NCBI GenBank assembly: GCA_950097015.1
Contig: CATNEN010000001.1
Location: 10,044,001 to 10,108,000, forward strand
Direction of reading: 5' to 3'
DNA length: 64,000 bases
From: Macrostomum hystrix
Lineage: Eukaryota; Animalia; Platyhelminthes
The notes under the pieces are model-generated. The model did no database searches. It saw only the letters and a program-made list of their open reading frames with translations, and was not told the DNA's origin. The position numbers and the translations under genes were made by a program. Of this stretch, positions 59,446 to 64,000 are shown one piece after another (the first letter of the stretch is position 1; the number at the start of each line of letters is the position of its first letter).

Positions 59446-60917
59446 ATGTCCGACCAGGAGGATGAGGTGGTGGAAGCTGTTGGCAATGCCCGCCCACCCA
59501 GAAGCTGCGCTGCGCTGCGCTGCGCTGCGCCCCGTTGAGCGCCTAGCCTCCCTGCTAGAGCGATTAGAAGTGCGCCGCCCCCGGAATCACCGGGTCAAGG
59601 TGGCAATTGAAACTTACGAATCCCTGAAGGATTCTTTCCCGCGCTGGCTGCGCCGGTTCAATCTCAAAATTGAGGCCGAGGGCTTAGAGACCGAGGAGGA
59701 AAGAATTTTGACCCTCCTAGCCCATTTAGGCGGCGAACCACTAACAGAGGCTATGGGCCTACCGCGCCGCGGAACCTACCTGCGGTTCGTGCAGGATTTG
59801 ACCGAGGCCCTCAGCGGCGCCTGCACACCTTACGCCCGGCTCCTTAGCGGGCGAAACCTTAAGCAGGCCCGCGACGAATCTTATGCCTCATTCGCCGACC
59901 GCCTGCGGTCCGCCGCCACCCAGGTAAACCCTAATGGCCGAGGTGCACCCTTTGAGTAAGCCCTCCTCGCCTCTTTCCTGGAAGGCATCACGGCCCCCCG
60001 GAAGTCCTGGCCCCCATCATGCGGCTAGACTTCGCCACGATGGAGAGGGCCGCCGCCGAACTGCGCGCCGCCACTCAGGCGTTTGAGATGGCGGCCGAGC
60101 GAGACCCGCGTCGGCGAGTGCGCAAGGTTCGGGCCGAGCTGGACGAGGGGCAAGAGCACCCCAGCGAAATTCAGGCCGTCCGCCGCGAACAACAGCAGCT
60201 GGCACAGGAATTGGCCAAGGTTAGCCATCAGCTAGCGGAGGTCACGCGGCAGCTACGAGAGCCGAAGCCGACCCCGGTCCTGCCTCCTTGCCCGCACCCC
60301 ACTGGGCACCATTGGCACCACAGGCAGGAGAGGCCGTGGGCGCGGAGAAGGTACCGCGAAGGCTCTGCCGCGGGAAACGGGAGTGGGGCCGCCGACTGGA
60401 GGCAGCTCAGTTACCCGGAGGCGCCTCAGGCAGCTCGGGCGATCGAGGCCCCCCCGTCAGTGCCCCCCTCCTCGAAGTCCGAGTGAATTCACTTGGCCGA
60501 GTCCCCACCCGAGTGCGCACCCGCCCCAACCGCTCTGAGAAGCTTAGTGAGGTATGGGTCGCCTTGGAGGTGGACGGAGCACCCCTTGACCTCCTGATCG
60601 ACACTGGGTCAATGGTGAATGTGCTCCCGGGCTCGATGTCATCAATCTTCTCCCATCATTTATTCGAACCCCCTCAATTTTCGCTAGTCGCTTATAATGG
60701 CACCCCTATAATTGCACAGGCGCAAGTCAAGGTCAAGTTACAGGTTGGCGCCGAAGCGTTGGACACGCTGTTCTTAGTGGTCGAGGGCGATTGCTCTCCC
60801 CTACTCGGCGCCTCCTGGTTGGCTCATCACCATGCCATCCTTGACTTCGACTCGCGCCAATTAATCATTTACAGCCAGTCCATTCCCTTTTCGCTCAGGC
60901 GGAAGCCTGCATTTTAG
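59446..60917 (+). pseudogene. Gypsy-like gag-pro, disrupted, with no RT following
   Basis: WLRRF...LKQARDESYASFADRL gag motif; LLIDTGSMVNVL and PLLGASWL protease motifs; frameshifts and a stop at 59957. Confidence 0.85.
60372..60378 (+). promoter_or_regulatory. Putative -1 ribosomal frameshift heptamer G GGA AAC
   Basis: In gag phase, inside the overlap with the -1 frame protease ORF, followed by GC-rich sequence. Confidence 0.6.
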
Positions 60918-61068
60918 GTTGGGTAAGAGGGTAGAGAAAAAACCTCCTCACCTCCCTTCTCTCTCCCTTCCCTCATCCCCTTGTCACTATTTAGGCTAGA
61001 GGCTAGAGGAGGAGCCAGGGAGTTTAGGAGGAGTATAGTCAGTTTGTAAACCACGAGAAATAGTTGTT

Positions 61069-61653
61069 ATGGCTGGCTTGAGCATCACTGTGGCCTGGTG
61101 GCTAGAAGTAGTCGCCACCGACTATCGGCGAGAACTGGCCGGCAGGAGGACGTGGATCATGATCCGCCTGTGGCTGCTCCCCGCGTTGGGCCGCGCGGCA
61201 CAGGCCGGAGTGGACCTCGCCCTGGCATGCCGGCTGGCCGAAGCCAGGTGGATGGCGCAGGCGTGGATCGAAGAACGGGATCCAAGCCCGCCAAGAGGTG
61301 AGAACGAGGAAGCTCTGCCTTGTAACCTCCGGTGGCCCGAGTACAGCCCGCCAGAAGACTGGGGCATGGCAGTGCCCGAAGCCCTCATGTCCTGGCTACA
61401 GGCTACCCGGATCCCTGGCAGAGAGGATCTTGAGCACCAGCTGGTGGCATCGCGGATTGGCGAAGCCGTCTGGAGACGATCTTCCGGACTGGGCTCTGCG
61501 CTATGGAGAAGCTGGGCAGTAGAAGCATCGACCATCGAGGAGACGCCGCCATGGGACAGTACGCTCGGCCACATGGTGAGACAGATGGAAGGAGAAGAAG
61601 ATAGCGGGGATCCAGCAGAGAGTACGCCCATCAAGGAGGAAGTAGAAGAATAG
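61069..61653 (+). CDS. Trp-rich hypothetical protein (194 aa) downstream of gag-pro
   Basis: ATG-initiated GC-rich ORF; no recognisable motif. Confidence 0.4.
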   Translation: MAGLSITVAWWLEVVATDYRRELAGRRTWIMIRLWLLPALGRAAQAGVDLALACRLAEARWMAQAWIEERDPSPPRGENEEALPCNLRWPEYSPPEDWGMAVPEALMSWLQATRIPGREDLEHQLVASRIGEAVWRRSSGLGSALWRSWAVEASTIEETPPWDSTLGHMVRQMEGEEDSGDPAESTPIKEEVEE

Positions 61654-64000
61654 GGGAACTCAGGTTAGAATTAATTGAGGTGGTCGCCGCGGAACAGTAA
61701 CAATAGGACCCTTATTCACTGGGCCCCCGTTCCCTGTTCCCCCCTTGCGTTTCCTTTTTATTCTCGTTCTTTTTCCTCCCTTTAGTAACTTTTCGCACCG
61801 CGCACTCTCTCTCACATCGTCGTGTTTTTACTTTTCCATCCAAAAGCCACCTTGGCGCCCAAAGCTCTCTTAAAAATTATTATAATTTAGCCAAAATCCC
61901 AAAAACATACGTAGTGGGGCGAAATTCCCCTTGTAAGATTTTCGCATGAGATGTTTCAATAATTGTAGCAAACTAGGAAGTGCACCTTCTCTTTCTCAAC
62001 ATGTAACTTTTATTCGCACCGCATTATGAATGGCACCTTTCTTTATCTTTTTGCTTCGGGTGGGCCTGTGGGGTTCATTTCGGGACAATTTCTATTTTAG
62101 GAAGGGTACCAACCCGCTAAAGTGAGCGGGGTGGTATGCATGGGAGTTCTATGTTCATGGAGGGGGGCAGTCATAAATCAAGGAACTGGACGGGCATATA
62201 GTAGGACTTAAGGGAAGCTTTTCCATTGGCTCGGAGGGTGGCAGATTTCAAATGGTGGCCTCTATTCTCAGGGAAGTGCGAGGAGAAGGAAGGGACACTT
62301 AGTTAGAAAACATGGTTGTTTACAATTAGGGTGAGTCACTGGAACTGCGGGCACTTATGTAAGAACACTGATTTTATGTTTTTCGGGCCAATTAAAAACT
62401 TACTGTTATTAGGTGAATGAACTTTAGTGGGCAAGCTCGGGGTGACATGTTGCCTTGTTCTTTTAGAGGTTTCGGAGTTTGAGCAGCAATTGGGAAATAA
62501 TCTCAACAAAAAGACAGCAAGGGGTTTAATCGTTATTCAGAATAGATGACGGTGGCTACTCGTTTGTATTAGGTACAGAAAACAACGGTAATTAGAAACT
62601 TGAAACGGAAGAAAGGCTGGATAAAGCGGTGAAACTTGTCAAAAATGCAAAATGAGCCAGAGTCAGGTAGTTCTCAGCCGGTAGTCCATGTCTGGACCTT
62701 CGCGCCTACGGGCGGAGCCACTTTACCAAGGCCGCGCCGGTGAAGGTGGACAGGCCGGCCACCACCGCAAGGCCAACAGGGCCTGTCATGAGTTTCCGAG
62801 CTACGGCTCCGGCATCCTCCGGCTCAAATGGTAGTTCCATATCTGCAGATGGAAGGGGTAGGTTTTGATCACCTTAGCGGGGACTGATAAATGGTTTCTA
62901 TGTGGGTAACTCCTAGGTGGTAGTTGTCATTCTGGTAAACTCTCAAATGGTGGCTAGATGTAGTTAAGGCTTCAAAAGGGTGGTTAGCAACTTACGAATA
63001 GCAAGACTCAGGCGCAGGGGCTGCTGCCCGATCGGGGCTCGCGGAGCTGTCGGCGTTTCTCTCTGCGGCAGGTCACCTCTGAAAGTTAGGAAAGTGAAAT
63101 TAGTTGAATTTGTAGTGGCAACCTCCAGAGAGTACGATAATTATGCAATTCAACCTATTCTAAATCTAAAACTTCGGGTTTCAGCGGGCTGTTTGGCCAA
63201 TAGAGTTAGGGCTAGGGCATCTGGGCCCGGGCGGGGATCAAAAATAGGTAAAAACAAGCTGGGTGTGCCGGGGGTCAGGATTAATGTCTATTCTAATAAT
63301 TATGCAATAACTCTCGCAAAACCCCTCAATAACCGGCCTTGGAAGGCCGAGTAGAAGCATAAATGACTCACCCTTCTTCAACAGGCTGCGGCTGGGCGGT
63401 GGCTGGGGCCTCCAGGATGGGCGTGAACGGCCGGGTCGTCACTTGCATTTTATCAGTAGATCAAAGCAATAATCAGTAAATAAATGATGGCTCTCTAGGA
63501 GGGTCGTTTAGAAAAGATAGCGGCTTGAGTTAATGGGGCGTCAAGTGTTTGTTTTTATAGCACCTAAGTTTAGGGGTAAAGTGGCGGGAGCGCCAACCAA
63601 TAGGAAGACAGTTGGGAATGTGGGAAATTCCAGCATAGGGGGACCTTAGTGACAGTTTAGTTGTTGGGGCACTGACCTTTACGGTGAAGAGATACCGCGG
63701 CGGCAACAGCATCACAAAGCTGCAGCGCCGATTGGACCGCGCGCAACGGCTAGGCAACCGGCCCGGCGAGCATTTTCGGGCACGGCCAGCCGGAAACACC
63801 TGGAGCGCGCGGCAAATCAGAGGCCACTAACGCCCGGCAACAGGATCGGTGGGGACGCAAACGGGCCAACCAATCTGGAACCACCTGGGGAGAGCACGGC
63901 CGGACCCCTCGGACTCAAGGAAAGACGGCCGGGGCCCCCAGGATTGCGCAACCGAGACCAAGCCGGGCAGGAGAAGATGGGCACAGCTGCAACCACCTGG

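Overview
Eukaryotic, most likely invertebrate animal, transposon-dense DNA. No intact host gene, rRNA, tRNA gene or CRISPR array is visible. The window is a stack of nested mobile elements, many with readable termini and target-site duplications (TSDs). In order: a 16-bp minisatellite; a 48-bp P-like MITE; a non-autonomous LTR element (4889-8329) whose LTRs carry an array of LTR-end/primer-binding-site junctions; a long-TIR foldback element holding a Helitron fragment that holds a hAT MITE; a large Helitron-like Rep/Pif1 gene with a USP-type deubiquitinase domain fused to its N-terminus (one intron, one nonsense codon); a Merlin transposase split by a 15.6-kb CACTA/EnSpm-type element (transposase plus BEN-like ORF) that contains a full-length Ty3/Gypsy element whose Gag-Pol carries a cold-shock domain; a non-autonomous Helitron enclosing two adjacent satellites (18 and 23 bp); a probable second CACTA-type shell containing a hAT fragment, a Polinton/Maverick PolB fragment, an intact IS630/Tc1 element and a truncated DIRS-like element; a decayed cbEGF exon; and a gag-pro-only LTR-type element. 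The most unusual observations are the cold-shock-domain Gypsy, the USP-RepHel fusion and the PBS-junction array. All domain calls come from reading motifs by eye; no searches were run.
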